A DNA stretch of 64,000 nt from Leucoraja ocellata (GCA_036785375.1 JAWMAR010000009.1:15686001-15750000), one strand, 5' to 3'. Counted from the stretch's first letter, positions 10,221 through 24,205 are shown. Made by a program: numbers and translations. Notes: generated by a model not told the origin, from the sequence alone.

Positions 10221-11559
10221 CTTCGGGTCTCCTCACACAACAAATCGTACGTTCCAGGAAAATGTAATCAGGCGAATCTTTGCTGCGTTTTCTCCAGTAC
10301 AGATTTTCCAAACACTTTAATCAAGGTTCTATGATTGCAGGAAGGCGCTTCTTGCCTTTTAGTACCGCAAGGACACTATTCTTCCCTGCTCGTGTGAATG
10401 ATGACTGCTCCACTCACTGTCCTGGGGGGGGTAACTGCTCCCGCAGAGCACATCCAAACTAATGGTCAGGAAACACACCAGCATCCTTCCTGCTTGACAT
10501 CCAATTTGATGTCTGAAGAAGGGTCTCTACCCAAAACGTCATCCATTCCTTCTCTCCAGAGATGCTGCCTGTCCCGCTGAGTTACTCCAGCTTTTTGTGT
10601 CTAACTTCATGTCAATGAAATGTGGCTTCCTTCTGATCACCAGTACCCAGGCCTTTGGCAACGACAAACCAAATCATTAAAACGGACCCTTCTGGAAATG
10701 ATATAAAGCTAGACAATTATTTTCTATTCCTGATAGCAAACCCAGTGCCTAGTTCCCAACCTGCATATTTGATGTACGAAGGGACTGCAGGCGCTGATTT
10801 AAACCGAAGATAGACACAAAAAGCTGGAGTAACTCAGAGGGACAGGCGGCATCGCTGGAGAGAAGGAATGGGTGACGTTTCGGGTCGAGACCCTTCTTCA
10901 AACTGAAAGTCTGCATTCCCGCTCTCCCGTCTGACATCTTGTCCTTATGCACAGTCTGCAGGTGAAAGCCAATGCTGTGATTCTCAGCGGTTATGCTCAA
11001 GAATGGTGACTTGCAATCTTCTCAAGAACTCATTTTGTATGTATAGTCTACCTCCATTAAGCAACAGCGACTGATAACTGAAAATTGAACTGCAGCGAAG
11101 GGGACCAAGTGGCTCAGTGAGACCTAAACGGCTCCTTCATAAGCAAATTTATCAGTCCTGTTCACCAGTCTTTCCCTGCAGCCCTGCAAAATATTTTCCC
11201 TGGCGTGTCTATCAAGTTCTCTCTTGATAACAGTTAAGTGAGTCGGTTTACAACGTCGTTACAGGCATGAGTTGCAAGTCATAACTATTCTCAGCCTATT
11301 AAAAAAACTTTCCCCACGTCCTTTTTCCCCAAAGAGTCGGATCAGTGTTTACCTCCAGGCAGCGAATCCTCATCTGGACCACCAGGCAAGATACCAAATA
11401 GAAACCAGATGCTCATCTTGAAAGCGAGTTAACTCGTCATCATCTCGTGACTACGTTAATTGAAGCTTGGGCCAGGTATTTTTCGGACATTGGAGTTAGG
11501 AGGTTATTCCTTACATCTTGGAATTGACTGTTTTCTCATGTTCCATCTGCTTTATACAG

Positions 11560-11915
11560 ATAGCAGGCTTGGCTAGCGTGGATGTGGAGAGGATGTTTCC
11601 ACTAGTGGGAGAGTCCAGGACCAGAAGTCATAGCCTCAGAATCAAAGGACCTTCTTTTAGGAAGGAGATGAGGAGAAATTTCTTTAGTCAGATGGTGGTG
11701 AATCTGTCGAATTCTCTGCCACAGAAGGCTGTGGAGGCAAAGCCGGTTGATATATTTAAGGCAGAGATAGATAGATTATTGATTAGTGCGAGTCAGGGGT
11801 TATGGGGTGAAGAGAGAAGAATGGGGTTAGGAGGGAGAGATAGATCAACCATGATTGAATGGCCGAGTAGACTTGATGGGCCGAATGGCCTAATTCTGCA
11901 CCTATCACATGATCT
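11560..11915 (+). mobile_element. CR1-clade LINE 3' fragment
   Basis: VERMFPLVGESRTRSHSLRIKG...RRNFFSQMVVNLSNSLP plus 3' UTR gggccgaatggcctaattctg. Similar fragments at about 14340-14660, 15880-16370, 17400-17750 and 48510-48730. Confidence 0.85.
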
Positions 11916-12211
11916 TCTGACCTTAACTCCTCGCACCCTATGCTTCCAATATCATGATTTGATCAGCACCTTTGCCTCATTCATCCAAACCAAAAACAGC
12001 GATAATTTTGAAAGAAACAGGAATAATGTCTTAGGAGACGGCCATTTTTTCAGCCTATCTTTGCTCGTGTTGGTCTTTAAAATAGTAAGATTAAACGAGA
12101 ACTTACCAGTTTGAAGTTTGATCTGTATTTTATGAGGAGTTACGATGAGGGATTATGTGAAGTATGCCGCTCAGCACGCATGCGCGGCATACTTCAAAGC
12201 AGCGATGTAAG

Positions 12212-12960
12212 ACAATCCCAGGGTTTCGAACATCTGTTTGGTAGCTGTTACAGCTGACATAGTCAATTCCATGATCTTGCCTACTATTAAGATATCATCA
12301 AGATATGCCATGACAATATGTTTTTGGCTTCTTAATATTGCCAGAGCTGGTTTTAGTATCTTGGTGAATAATCTTGGGCTGATGTTAACTCATTGGGTAA
12401 CGCTTTAAACTGCCATAGCTGCCCCATCCAGGTAAATTTCAGGTATCTGCGATGATCCTTGTGAATGGTACTGAATAGTAAACATCTTTAAGATCAATGC
12501 TTGCCATGAAGTATCCCTTGGAAATTAGTTTTTGGCAGTAACAAACGTTTCCATTTTGAAATGTATATACTTAACAAACATATTTAGTGAAGTTAAGTCA
12601 ATGATGATGCGACATCCACCATCTTTTTTGGGTTTAGTGAATATATTTGATACGAATTCCAAGGGTTCATGTTTTGTTTTTCCAATGATACCCTTTGTAA
12701 TTAGTCTCACCAGTTCAGCTTGTCCCTCTCGTTTTTCTTTAACTGAGAGGGAAAATACCCTCTGGGGTGAATGTTGAACTGGTGGCAATTTTTCTAGTAT
12801 GAATTGTATTTTGTATCCACTAATGCCATTGAGTATATACTGATCACTCGTGATAGACTCCCGTGCTTCTTTAAACAGGTGTAATCTCCCCCCTGTTAGT
12901 ATTAAGCCCCTATTTTCTATACGCTGGTAGGAACCAGACCCACCTACCTCCATGGTTATG
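12212..12960 (-). pseudogene. DIRS reverse transcriptase (frameshifted, truncated)
   Basis: GGRLHLF...FVSNIFTKPKKDGGCRIIIDLTSLNMFVKYIHFKMET, FMASIDLKDVYYS, LWQFKALP, MAYLDDILI (YLDD at 12294-12305). Confidence 0.9.
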
Positions 12961-12964
12961 GGTA

Positions 12965-14170
12965 TTTCTTCTGCTTCCTGCCGGTCTAACGAGTCTTGCA
13001 CGTTGTCTGACGTGGCGGTGATGTTGGGGGGTGGCGCATTTTCCATGGGGTCCGCTCTGAGCCCTGGTCTAAAGAAGACTAACGGTGATAGAATGCGGAC
13101 CCCGAGCTTTCACCAGTCCCATATGGTAGACGTCGACTGGTGGACGCGGTGGGGTGCTGCTGCTTTAGAATTATTGTTTTTGGTTTGCTCGTCCCGGGGC
13201 CTGACCTCATGAGACCGAAAGTTTTTTAAGGCCTCTTCCATATCCTTCATATCCTTTGTGAGGTTTTTGCCAAAGAGCAGTGGGTCTGGCTCAGTGGCTG
13301 GGGTTTTTGCACAACCCCACAAATTTAGGATTTTATGGCAGGTCTTATGATTTGTTTACGAAGGTTGTGGTCATCTCCGTATTTGTCCACGGAAACGAGC
13401 AAACGATGTGATGGCTGACGTCAGGAGCCTGAGGATCCGCTGCAGTTTTAGCTCCTGGTTCCGAATGTTTGTCCCAACGTGCCCCCAGTTTTGGCTGTTT
13501 ACAGCCGGCACTTTAAGGGACTCACAGTTCTCTGGAGCTGTATACTTTACTAAGGCCTCATTGACCACCTGCTCCTGTAGGGGCCTGTTGGAGAGGTGGT
13601 TAATGCTGGCCGCTGGTTTGGCCTTTAACGGCCTCCTGCACGTGGGGCTGCCACATAGCGGTCCACCACACCCAGCGGCTCTTCCTGTTCCTGCACCCCT
13701 TGCATACTCCCGACATCTTCAGTCAGCGTCCCCTCTTCTTGACCAGCCCAGTCCTGGTCACCAAAGCTACCCTCGGGTAAGGAGGAAGCAATGGACAGTG
13801 CACGACACTGTGGAGGGTGCCTGAACCCCCCCTGCGAGAGTGCCCCTCACGAAGCGCGTCTTGCTGGAGCTCCTGCTCCAGGAGCCGCTCCATGCGGCTC
13901 AGGCGGCTGTCTCTCACCCGTGCGGGTGGGGAGACGTCCCCGGCCGACAAATCGGAAGCCACCGGCCGGACGCTTCTTCGGTAGCTTTACTTCCAGCCCG
14001 CTGCTCAGGCGCCAGCGGGACTGGGCTCGGCACGGTGTCTGGGATAGCAGAGCGCCCGTTAAGCGGTCCTACCGCCTTGTTGCTGCCCCCCCCCCCCCCC
14101 AGATGGAACGCTCCTCCCTGGAGTCGAGCGGGGGACAGGTTTGTCCAAGAGCCTTTGTGCTCTGCCTGAA
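12965..14170 (-). pseudogene. DIRS gag-like ORF1 remnants
   Basis: KYTAPENCESLKVPAVNSQNW...QELKLQRI and PLLFGKNLTKDMKD motifs, upstream of and overlapping RT. Confidence 0.75.
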
Positions 14171-17164
14171 ATAAAGCATGTTCTTGTGTTGCGTAATTGG
14201 ATACCTTTTCAAAGATGCATCTCGATCCCTTTTACCCCGCTACTTGCAAAACATTCTAATATTTTCTTCCTTTTAAAAAAAAAAGCGGCCTACTCTCCTC
14301 TTCATTAATCTAGATCGACGGTTCCTATCTGAGTGGCATTGATAGAGTAAACAGAACCTTTTTCCTTGGGTGGAATTGTCAGAAGCTAGTGGGCATAGAT
14401 TTAAGATGAGAGGGACTGGGTGTAAAGGAAATGTGCAGTGAGTTTCCTTACACAGAGAGTGGTGGGTGCATGGGATGTGGTGGTGGTGGCAGCTATAATA
14501 GGGCATTTAAGAGGCTTTTAGATGGCCACATGGACATGCAGGGAACGGAGAGATATCGATCACATGCAGGCAGAGTAGATAGTTTTAATTTGGCATGGTG
14601 TTCAGCAGGACGATGTGGGCCAAAGAGCCTGTTCCTATTCTGTACTGTTCTATGTGATTTGTCCAGCAATGGAAATGGTTTCTCCCAGTTGACTGCAGCA
14701 CGGATCAGGGAATGGGGATTCAGTAACTTGGTCCTTGCTACTACCTCAGTGAGCATTCATCGAGACATCTGCCTTCCTTACAGTCGCCTGTGACTCTGTT
14801 CACATAACAGTTGCAGGCAATGTTATTATTTTTTTATTTTTTTTAAATAATGTTTAGATCCAAAATCGTTGGCTGGTTGCATATTCTGGATTTAGATAAG
14901 ATCGGAAGCACCACATAATGTTCTATTATTTAGAAAATGGCACCATGTGTTTAGTACATGCTGCAGCCAAAGGTTGTTTCCGCTCAGGTTCTACACGCAG
15001 ATGGTCTTAACAAAGGCCTACTATTCAAGCAAAGATGATTCTAGACTGATGTTTTCAGCACACTTTTAGATGGATGTCACGGTGCCTTTACTCAGATAAC
15101 TGACCAAATCAGACACAAATATAGCAAGAGGAGGAATGTCTATTCATTTCTCTCCCTTCAGGTAGCTCTGGCATTCCCTCTATCTCTATCCCTCCCCCAC
15201 CCAAGTCACACCAGCTTCTCGTTTTCACCCTACAAACAGCTAACAATGGCCTGTTTCCTTTATCATCGTTACCTTTTTGCATATCTTTTATTCATCGTTC
15301 TTTATCTCTCCACATGATCGTCTGTACCTCTCGTTTCCCTTATCCCTAACCAGACACGAAACGTCACCTATTCCTTCCCTCCAGGGATGCTGCCTGTCCC
15401 TCTGAGTTACTCCAGCTTTTTGTGTCTATCCTCGGTGTAAACCAGTATCCGCAGTTCCTTCCGACACATTTATTCAACTCTTTCAGCCTGAGACACAGGC
15501 CGTTCTTAATCTTGCGCAGGAAGGAACTGCAGACGCTGGTTTACACCGAAGATAGGCACAAAATGCTGGAGTAACTCTGCGGGTCAGGCAGCATCTCTGG
15601 AGAAAAGGAATAAGTGAAGTGTGAAGAAGGGTCTTGACCCAAAACGTCACCTGTTCCTTTTCTCCACAGGTGCTGCCTGATACGCTGAGTTACTCCAGCA
15701 TGTGGTGTCTCTCTCCTGTTCTTTACCTCTTCAGCCTCATTAACCATTTCATACCCGAGACTCGCTCTTAAATCGATCTTTATTGTGTGTTCATGAACAA
15801 ATCACATCTGCAAACACAATGGTACCTCAAGAAAATACTACATGTGACCAGCGATTCAAGAGTTTGCAAGGTAGCTGGTTAACACATCAAAGGAGTGTGG
15901 AGGCTTTTAGGGTGTGCAGAAGAGGTTTAGCGGAATACTCCCCACATTAGAGGGGATTCATTATAAGGAGAGGTTGGATTGTTTTCTCTGGGGTGTCAGA
16001 GATTGAGGGGAAACCTCATAGAAGTTTGTGCATTTATGAGAGGAATAGAAAAGGTTGGCAGTCAGAACCTTTTTCCCAGGATGGAAATGTCAATGATTGG
16101 AGGACATAACTTTAAGGTGAGAGGGGCAAAGTTTAAAGGAGATGTGCGGGGCAAGTTTGTTTACACAAGGAGGGGTGGGTGCCTGGGACGAGTTATCAGG
16201 GGTGGTGGTGGAGGCAGATATGATAGTGCATTTAAGAGTCTTCCGGATGGGCACATGCATGTGAATGGATAAGGAACATGCGCAGTAAAGTAGATTTGTT
16301 GAACTTGACACCATGGCCTTGGCATCATTGTGGGCCGAAGGGCCTGTGCTGTACTCTCCTATGTTCCATGCTTGCAGGCACTTGATTATCAGCCACTAGA
16401 TGATTCCAATGTTTCAAATAGTGGTTACGTTATAATTTGTATAGTTACCGGGTAAGTATTTTTATCACAGATCCTCTACTGATTGACATGCTTTGAGCAT
16501 ATTCTCAGTTGATTTGCCTCTTTCACAAACAAACTCACGTTTCACCCGAACCATATCAGCAAACAAACTGACTTCAATAAAGGCTTTCTAACTTTTCAAA
16601 AGAATCCTAGAATAGATTAATTTTCCCAACAATCTTTTGATAACTCCACCTACCATCATCTCGCTGCTGTCTTTTCTCATTAATGTGTCAGATCTTAATT
16701 CTGGTATTTATTTAACATTAAATAAATGCCCAAATTAACATCTGACACTTCAATTAAAAAAAAGAACGCATCATGACGCCTTCACGTTCAACATTGCACC
16801 CGAGCAAAAATATTGATCTATAGTTATTCAGGCAAACCTTGGGAGAAGTAAGGAATTGATTATTTCTTGGCAAAACAAACTTTGAAGACCTTTGGGAGTT
16901 GGAAGATGGAGTAAATCACCAGAACATCCTCTTTGTGTTTGCTTGATGCAAACAAGGAAGCAGTGATTTAAAGAAGTGCGAATTGATTCACACCAAGGCA
17001 TCGGCCTCTAGCTGGGCTGCCAAATATCTCTTTAACTTTGAAGATAGACACAAAATGCTGGAGTAACTCAGCATCACAGGCAGCATCTCTGAATAGAAGG
17101 AATGGGTGATGTTTCAGGTCGAGACCCTTCTTCAGCATCTCCATTTAAGGTGTAATGCCTTTTA

Positions 17165-17390
17165 TGCCCCTGTCCCACTTAGGAAACCTGAACGGAAACC
17201 TCTGCAGACTTTGCACCCCATCCAAGGTTTCCGTGTGGTTCCCGGAGGTTGCAGGTGGTTGCTGGAGGTTGCAGGTAGTGGAAGCAGCTAGGGAGACTGA
17301 CAAAAACCTCCGGGAACCGCACGGAAACCTTGGGTGGGGCGCAAAGTCTCCAGAGGTTTCCGTTCAGTTTTCCTAAGTGGGACAGGGGCA
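17165..17390. mobile_element. PIF/Harbinger MITE, long fold-back
   Basis: TIR TGCCCCTGTCCCACTTAGGAAA extends about 80 bp. TTA target duplication on both sides. Confidence 0.85.
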
Positions 17391-18199
17391 TTATCTAATG
17401 AAAGGCATAGATAGAGTGCATGTGGAAAGGATGTTTCCACTGGTGGGAGAGTCTAGGACCAGAGGTCATAGCTCAGAATTAAAGGGCGCTATTTTAAAAA
17501 GGAGGTGAGGAGGAACTTCTTTAGTCAGAGGGTAGTTAATCTGTGGAACTCATTGCCACAGAGGGCTGTGGAGGACAAGTCAGTGGATATTTTTAAGGCA
17601 GAGAGAGACACGTTCTTGATTAGAACGGGTGTCAAGGATTATGGGGAGAAGGCAGGAAAATGTAATTAGGTGGCAGGGATCAGCCATGATTGAACGGCGG
17701 AGCAGACTCGATGGGCCAAATGGCCTAATTCTATTCCTATAATTTGTGACGATGTAAACCATCATCTGCAGTTGCTTCTTGCACCTCTCTTTAACTTGTA
17801 TCTCCTTCTGTATTTAAAAGTAGCACAATAATATCTTCAGACTTTTAACAACAATTTCACCTAAAACATGTATCACGATACATTTAAACCATGTGATTTG
17901 TTTAATCAAATGCACATGAATGTTATTACAAATATTTTCCAGCCTAAAAGGATTATCATTCTTCGCATGTTATCTGGGCAAACAGGAAGGTTTTTCCCCC
18001 GTCTTTGCTATCGGACCTTTCACCAGCAATGCCACAGTCACACTATATAACCGCAATCATTCTTAGGAAATGCAAATATTAATGCTCTGGAAACCATTAA
18101 CTGATTGTTAACTTCAATACTTTTAACCTGCACAATTGTGAAATCATATTTTGTTGGGGAAGACTGAATATTAGTTTATACCAATTGTTAGAAAGTATT

Positions 18200-18490
18200 C
18201 GGCATGGTGGCGCAGCAGTAAAGCTGCTGCCTTATAGCACCAGAGACCCAGGTTCCATCCTAACTACGGAGTGCTGTCTGCACGGAGTTTGCATGTTCTC
18301 CCTGTGACCGCATGGGTTTTCTCCAGGTGCTCCAATTTCCTCCCACATTACAAAGACGTGCAGGCTGTAAGGTTAGTTGGCTTCTGTAAATTGCCCCTAT
18401 TGTGTAGGATAGAACTAGTACACAGGTGATAGTTGGTATTTGGTGCGGACTTGTGGGCCAAAGGGGTGTATTTCTAAAATTAAACTTAAA
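18200..18490 (+). mobile_element. V-SINE
   Basis: Head, V domain and tail as above. Confidence 0.8.
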
Positions 18491-19884
18491 AACAACTAAA
18501 TTCTAACCATACTTCTTGTACGCACAAGAAAGCATCCATAAATTGTTCAGTTTAGTTTGTTGTTGAAGCTAAGTTTGATCTTCACATTGCAGCAAATTGT
18601 TGGTCCTTGATCAGAGCAGTCCAGAACCCCTTTTTTCTCCAACTTCGGGCAGTCCTTGTTCTCTCTCTATCTCTCTCCTTCCCCTCACCCTTCCCAGTCC
18701 TCCCACTCATTGTCTCTGCCCACTTTCTTTCTTTGTCCTTCCCCCTCCCCTGACATCAGTCTGAAGAAGGGTCTCGACCCGAAACATTGCCAATTCCTTC
18801 TCTCCAGAGATGCTGTCTCACCCGCTGAGATTCTCCAGCATTTTGTGTCTACCTTCGATTTTACCAGCATCTGCAGTTCTTTCTTAAACACCACTTTTTT
18901 TCATTAACTCTTTGGCAAAATCATTAAAATAAATCTCTTGTTGGGTGCAGTCCGTCTGACACCAGCACGCAACGTTTTCCGCAGCTTGCTTTGGATGGCA
19001 GAAGGTCCCTGGGACTTCCAGATACTTTTTAGCCGTCCAATCACAAAACTCCAAAGATTTATTACCAACTAATCCGATAACATTCAAATTAAGTGAACTC
19101 ATCCAATTTCTTTAAAAGGAGTCAAAATGTAGGAGTCAAAGTGCAACAGCTAAATCTATCAAGCGTTAGAGGGCATAATCTTAAATTGGCCTTACGTTTA
19201 CCTCAGCTTTCTTAGATTTCCACTGCAACCAAGTTCTCCAAAACTAAATATAATAACTCCAGTCACCCGATTTATATCATCATTTCACTGTTTACATAGT
19301 CTGAAAGCTTAAATTATTCATTTTCAATTATGAATCAATTGCCAATGTTTAACAATACAGACCCAAATCTCAAACGAGAGGCTGTTCATATAATTAGATT
19401 ATTAGTTGTTCACAGTCACCAGCCACAGAGAGCCAATATTCACAATTAAAGAATTTGATCTGTCTGTTAACTCGGGGCATTTTGCACCAGTTGCTCTTCA
19501 TTTAGTTCAGCTTCAAAATGAAGGGCTCAGTGTTGCCAAGCATCACACACACACACAAAAAATATAGAACAACATGCTTACACACTCTTTAAATGCTTCT
19601 TGTGGATTCCTGCTCGTTCCACAGTCATTCGCCTTTTTATACCTTTTCGTAGGCTTTCGGTATTCCCTAATAAGGGAAATATGTGATGTTGCAAGATATT
19701 CTACAATCTGCTCATGCGCCTGTCCTTGAGGTTGTAGCTTATCAGTGTGCATTTTACATTGTGTTCCTGCAGTATCTAACATTGTGTCCTGGCTCCTTTG
19801 TTTAAATTTGAGACGTCTTATCGTGGCAAATCCTTGTTATTTTTGCAACCTCAGCGGTTGTGTTTGTGTACGAAGCTATACAAA

Positions 19885-20075
19885 CCTGAAGATGGACACA
19901 AAATGCTGGAGTAACTCAGCGGGACAGGCAGCATCTCTGGGTAGAAGGAATGGGTGACGTTTCGGGTTGAGACCCTTCCGCAGACTGACTGACCCGAAAC
20001 GTCACCCATTCCTTCTCTCCAGAGATGTTGCCTGTCCCGCTGATTTACTCCAGCATTTTGTGCCTATGTTCGGTG
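19885..20075. repeat. Penelope pLTR-derived fold-back (representative of about 25-30 copies)
   Basis: Arms gacacaaaatgctggagtaactcagcgggacaggcagcatctctgg...gggtgacgtttcggg and its reverse complement. Others at about 630-727, 7361-7535, 10510-10605, 10775-10908, 15515-15705, 17040-17135, 22725-22822, 23268-23498, 28742-28865, 32480-32635, 37313-37455, 39680-39772, 41915-42122, 42228-42437, 43925-44130, 46430-46850, 51425-51605, 53521-53688, 59730-59868, 62370-62703 and 63760-63945. Confidence 0.75.
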
Positions 20076-20998
20076 TATAGTATAGTATATCTTTATTGTC
20101 ATTTTCCTGAGTACTCACATACCCAGAGGAAACAAAAAAACTTTGCTCAACCAGTGCCCATTCAGTGTGCAGTAAAAAATAAATAGAAATAAAAATACAT
20201 ATATCATTGACAAATTAAACACTCTACTCTCTACTAAATATCAACAGGCGTTCCGATCGGCAGCGGCACGACAGTGGCTCTGCTGCAGTGTGTCCAGGTT
20301 GGTGGTTGGTGCGCGATACTTTGGCAGGGGGCAAAGTCCGTTTATCAGTCTTATAGCCTGCGGGAAGAAGCTGAGGAGCATCCTGCTGGTTTTGCAGCTA
20401 GTGCTCCTGTACCTCTTCCCAGATGGCAGGATGGAGAATATGTGATGTGATGGGTGGTAGGGGTCTTTGATGATGGAGATGGCTCTGCTGATACTACTCT
20501 TCCTGTATATGTCCAGCAGGAAAGGGAGTGGAGCACCAATAATCCTGCTGGCGGTCTTCACAATCCTGTCTAGTTGGTGCCGTTCGTACGCCTTGCAGCT
20601 CCCGAACCAGGAAGTGATGCCGTAGGTTAATGTGCTCTCGATTGTCCCCCTATAAAAAGTTTGTAGGTGTGTAGTGGGGAGACCTGCTTTCCGTAGTCTT
20701 CAGAGAGGGTGTAGTCGTGCTGGGCTCTCTTGACCAGTGCTGTGGTGTTGGTGGTGGACGTCAGGTCATCTGACAGGTGGAGTCCTCGGAACTTCATGCT
20801 GCTGACCCTTTCCACATCAGCTCCGTCGATGTGCAGAGGTGTATGGTGTTGTTTTCCCGCCCTCCTGAAGTCAACCACCATCTCCTTAGTTTTTCCCACG
20901 TTGAGAATGAGGTTGTGGGATTTGCACCATCCTGTGAGCAGCTCCACCTCCATCCTGTACGCCGACTCATCATTGTCACTGATGAGACCCACCACAAC
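20075..20998 (-). mobile_element. Rex1/Babar-clade LINE, 5'-truncated
   Basis: VVGLISDNDESAYRMEVE...NVGKTKEMVVDFRR, KDPYHPSHH...LPSGKRYRS. (TATAC)n tail. Confidence 0.88.
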
Positions 20999-21839
20999 TT
21001 GAAGGTTGATTGCAACCAGGATAATGGTTGGGTCTTGCGACTAGAAGTCTGGATCCACCCCTGGAGAGAGAAGGAAAGAGAGTAAATCACGTTACTCCCC
21101 AGTAGCCTCTGCATGCATGGATGTTGCCCAGTGATATAAATGTCCCTCGTGGTTCAGTACCCTGCAGAAATGTAATGGGTTGTATTTTGCAATGCAAAGA
21201 GTTAAAAAAGGAGATACGAGGAATTACAGATGCTGCTTTATTCTCCATTGATTTATATTGTAAATAGAAAGTAATCCCTTGTTATCCACACCGCCAAAAA
21301 AAACAATCTGGCCAAAGAACAGATTATCCTGGAGTTCCATAATCCTTCAGTGGGAGAATTCCAGATTTTGATTTCCCTCTTTGTATTAAAAACTGCATTC
21401 TGATTTACTCCTGGTGGGTTTTGTTCTAATTTTAATGCAAAGCTGCTTGCCTTTGAGCTTCCCACTGATGAGCTCTCTGAGTTAAACACTGTGAATGAAC
21501 CACCCTTCAGCCTTCAACACTAATGGGAACCCAAGCCAAGTATGGATTCTAATACTTTTGCACCAAACAGGCGTGTGGTTGCCTTGTCCCTCTCCTACCT
21601 CCCTTCATAAGCAATTTGCCTTTCAGTTAGCTCAATTCCCACACACAGGGTGCTTTTTTAAGATAAGTTCCTTCTGCTGCCAGTACTTGTGCAGTTGAAA
21701 GTTTCACACAGCAGATAGATGTATCCTAATCCTGTCGTCTTTTCCATCTCTGGTCCTTGGGACTGCTACCACAAAGTCAATGCTAAGAGTAGCAGTCTCA
21801 ACAAGCTGCCATTTGGGGACTGACAGCGCTCAATACAAT

Positions 21840-22200
21840 AGGCAGTAGGTGCAGGAGTAGGCCATTCGACCCTTCGAGCCAGCACCACCATTCACTGTGA
21901 TCATGGCTGATCGTCCGCAATCAGTACTGCGTTCCTGCCTTCTCCCCATATCCCTTGACTCCGCTATCTTTAAGAGCTCTATCTAACTCTCTCTTGAAAG
22001 CATCCAGAGAATTGGTCTCCACTGCCTTCTGAGGCAGAGAATTCCACAGACTCACCACTCTCTGGGTGAAAAAGTATTTCCTCATCTCCGTTCTAAATGG
22101 CCAACCCCTTATTCTTGAACTGTGGCGCCTGTTTCTGGACTCCCCCAACATCGGGAACATGTTTCCTGCCTCTAGCCTGTCCAATCCCTTAATAATCTCC
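21840..22200 (-). mobile_element. CR1-clade LINE 3' fragment
   Basis: KGLDRLEAGNMFPMLGESR...FFTQRVVSLWNSLP plus 3' UTR. Confidence 0.85.
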
Positions 22201-23904
22201 TTCAATAGTGCAGAAGGTTGTTCCTTGCCAGGCAGATGAGGAATATTCCAGGTTTGATAGATTAAATTAGTTGATCGAATCGATCTGAAGTCAGAGTTTT
22301 CAAAGGATGCTCTGAACTGTGAGTGAAAGGAAGAAAGACAAATTAACAATAGACTTATAGAGTGATACAGTGTGGAAACAGGCCCTTCGGCCCAATCTGC
22401 CCACACTGCCCAACATGTCCCAGCTACACTAGTCCCACGTGCCTGTGCCTGGTCCATATCCCTCCAAACTTGTCCTATCCATGTAAACATTGCCCAGTCT
22501 TGATTATCATTGTGTGAATCCTGCTCAAAATTGTCAGTTTCTCGGCTGAAATTTGGCTTTGATGTTCCCTGCATTTGGTTTTGACTCTTGCATGAAGAAG
22601 TATCTCTTTAGACCAGAAAAACATTACCCGTCAAGTTAAATCTTCCAATGTCAGCCCTGAAGAGATGAAAAAAAATGGTGAAATGGTCAGTTCAGTGACG
22701 TTGTACAGGCACGATGTATCATTTGGTCTGAAGAAGGGTCCTGACCCGAAACATCACCCACCCTTTTTCTCCAGAGATGCTACCTTGCCCGCTGAGTTAC
22801 TCCAGCACTTTGTGTCTATCTTTTCTATCATTTGGTGCTTGTTGGAAATGCCAGATGATTAGAATAAATGACTGAAGATGATGATGTTTAATGCAGGACA
22901 TCTCTCACTGTGATGATGGCCAAACCATTGAAACCCAAATACCTGGGTTGGTTCTGTGTCTATAACAGAGATATGTAGAATAGAAATACCATGTGTAGTG
23001 CTTTGTGGCATAGCGAATACCATTTCTGGCCAGACAGCGCCAGAGCCCTAGGTTCGATACTGACCTCAAATGCTGTCTGTGTGGAGTTTGCACCTTCTCC
23101 CTGTGTCTGCATGAGTTTCTTCTGGATACTCTGGTTTCCTCCCACATCCTAAAGACGTGCTGGGTTTGTAGGTTAATTGACCTCTGTAAATTGCTAGTTT
23201 GTAGGGAGTGGATGCTTAAAGTGGAGTTTTTAGAACTAGAACGGACATAGACCAAGCGTGATTGGATATGTAGGAAGGAACTGCAGGTGCTGGTTTAAAT
23301 CGAAGATAGACAAAAAAGCTGGAGTAACTCAGCGGGACAAGCAGCATCTCTGGAGAGAAGGAATGGGTGACATTTTGGGTCAAGACCCTTCTTCAGACTC
23401 CAGTCCAGTGTGGAGTAGGGTCTCGAACCCGAAACGTCACCCATTCCTTCTCTCCAGAGATGCTGTCTCTCCCGCTGAGGTACACCAGCATTTTGTGCCT
23501 AGTGTAAATGGATGATTAATGGTCGGCATGAACGATGGGCTGAAGGACCCTTTGACGGGCTGTATCATTCAATTCAATTCAATTACAGACTTCACTGCTG
23601 GTGTTAGTGAAACTACTGATACTTGTGAACCGATGAAGGAATGCTGACTGTGACGGAAGGGGAGAGAGAGCTAAAAGAAATTGAGTATCTTAGCATTGTG
23701 ATGGATTAAACCGTGACATATGGGCCTAAGCGTGTGTGTTTTTGCATCACATGAATCAATATATTGAAGAAATCTAAGCCTTTTTATGCAACAGCTTAAA
23801 CTGGGGCATTAAAGCAGCATTGAGAACACATTTCATGTAATGAAAAACAGAATGCTTCAAAATCAAAATTAATTGTCTTTTCCCTTTTTCGATATCGATT
23901 CTTT

Positions 23905-24205
23905 AAGTAAAGAAGTTTAGAGATCCAGCACATAAACAGGCCCTTTGGCCAACTGAGTACGTGTCGACCAGCAATCCCTGTGCACCAGCACTACACTGAG
24001 AGCAATTTAAAATTTTACTGAAGCCAAATAACCTACACACCTGTACGTCTTTGGAGTACAAGAATAAACCGATGCACCCGGAGAAAACCCACTTGGTCAC
24101 GGGGAGAACATACAAACTCCGTACAGACAGCACCCGTAGTGAGGATGGAACCCGGGTCTCTGGCGCTGTAAAGCAGCAACTCTACTGCTGCTCTACTCTG
24201 CTGCC
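23905..24205 (-). mobile_element. V-SINE
   Basis: Reverse complement of the family. A + copy at about 23030-23585 is interrupted by a Penelope fold-back. Confidence 0.8.

Larger units (their letters stand above)
12079..14172 (-). mobile_element. Second DIRS1-type element: gag + RT, internally deleted and 5'-truncated
   Basis: 12079-12159 matches 2003-2083 with one mismatch. DIRS RT and gag ORFs present. RT is fused to the 3' terminus near 12210; ICR, RNase H and YR are absent. Confidence 0.9.
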
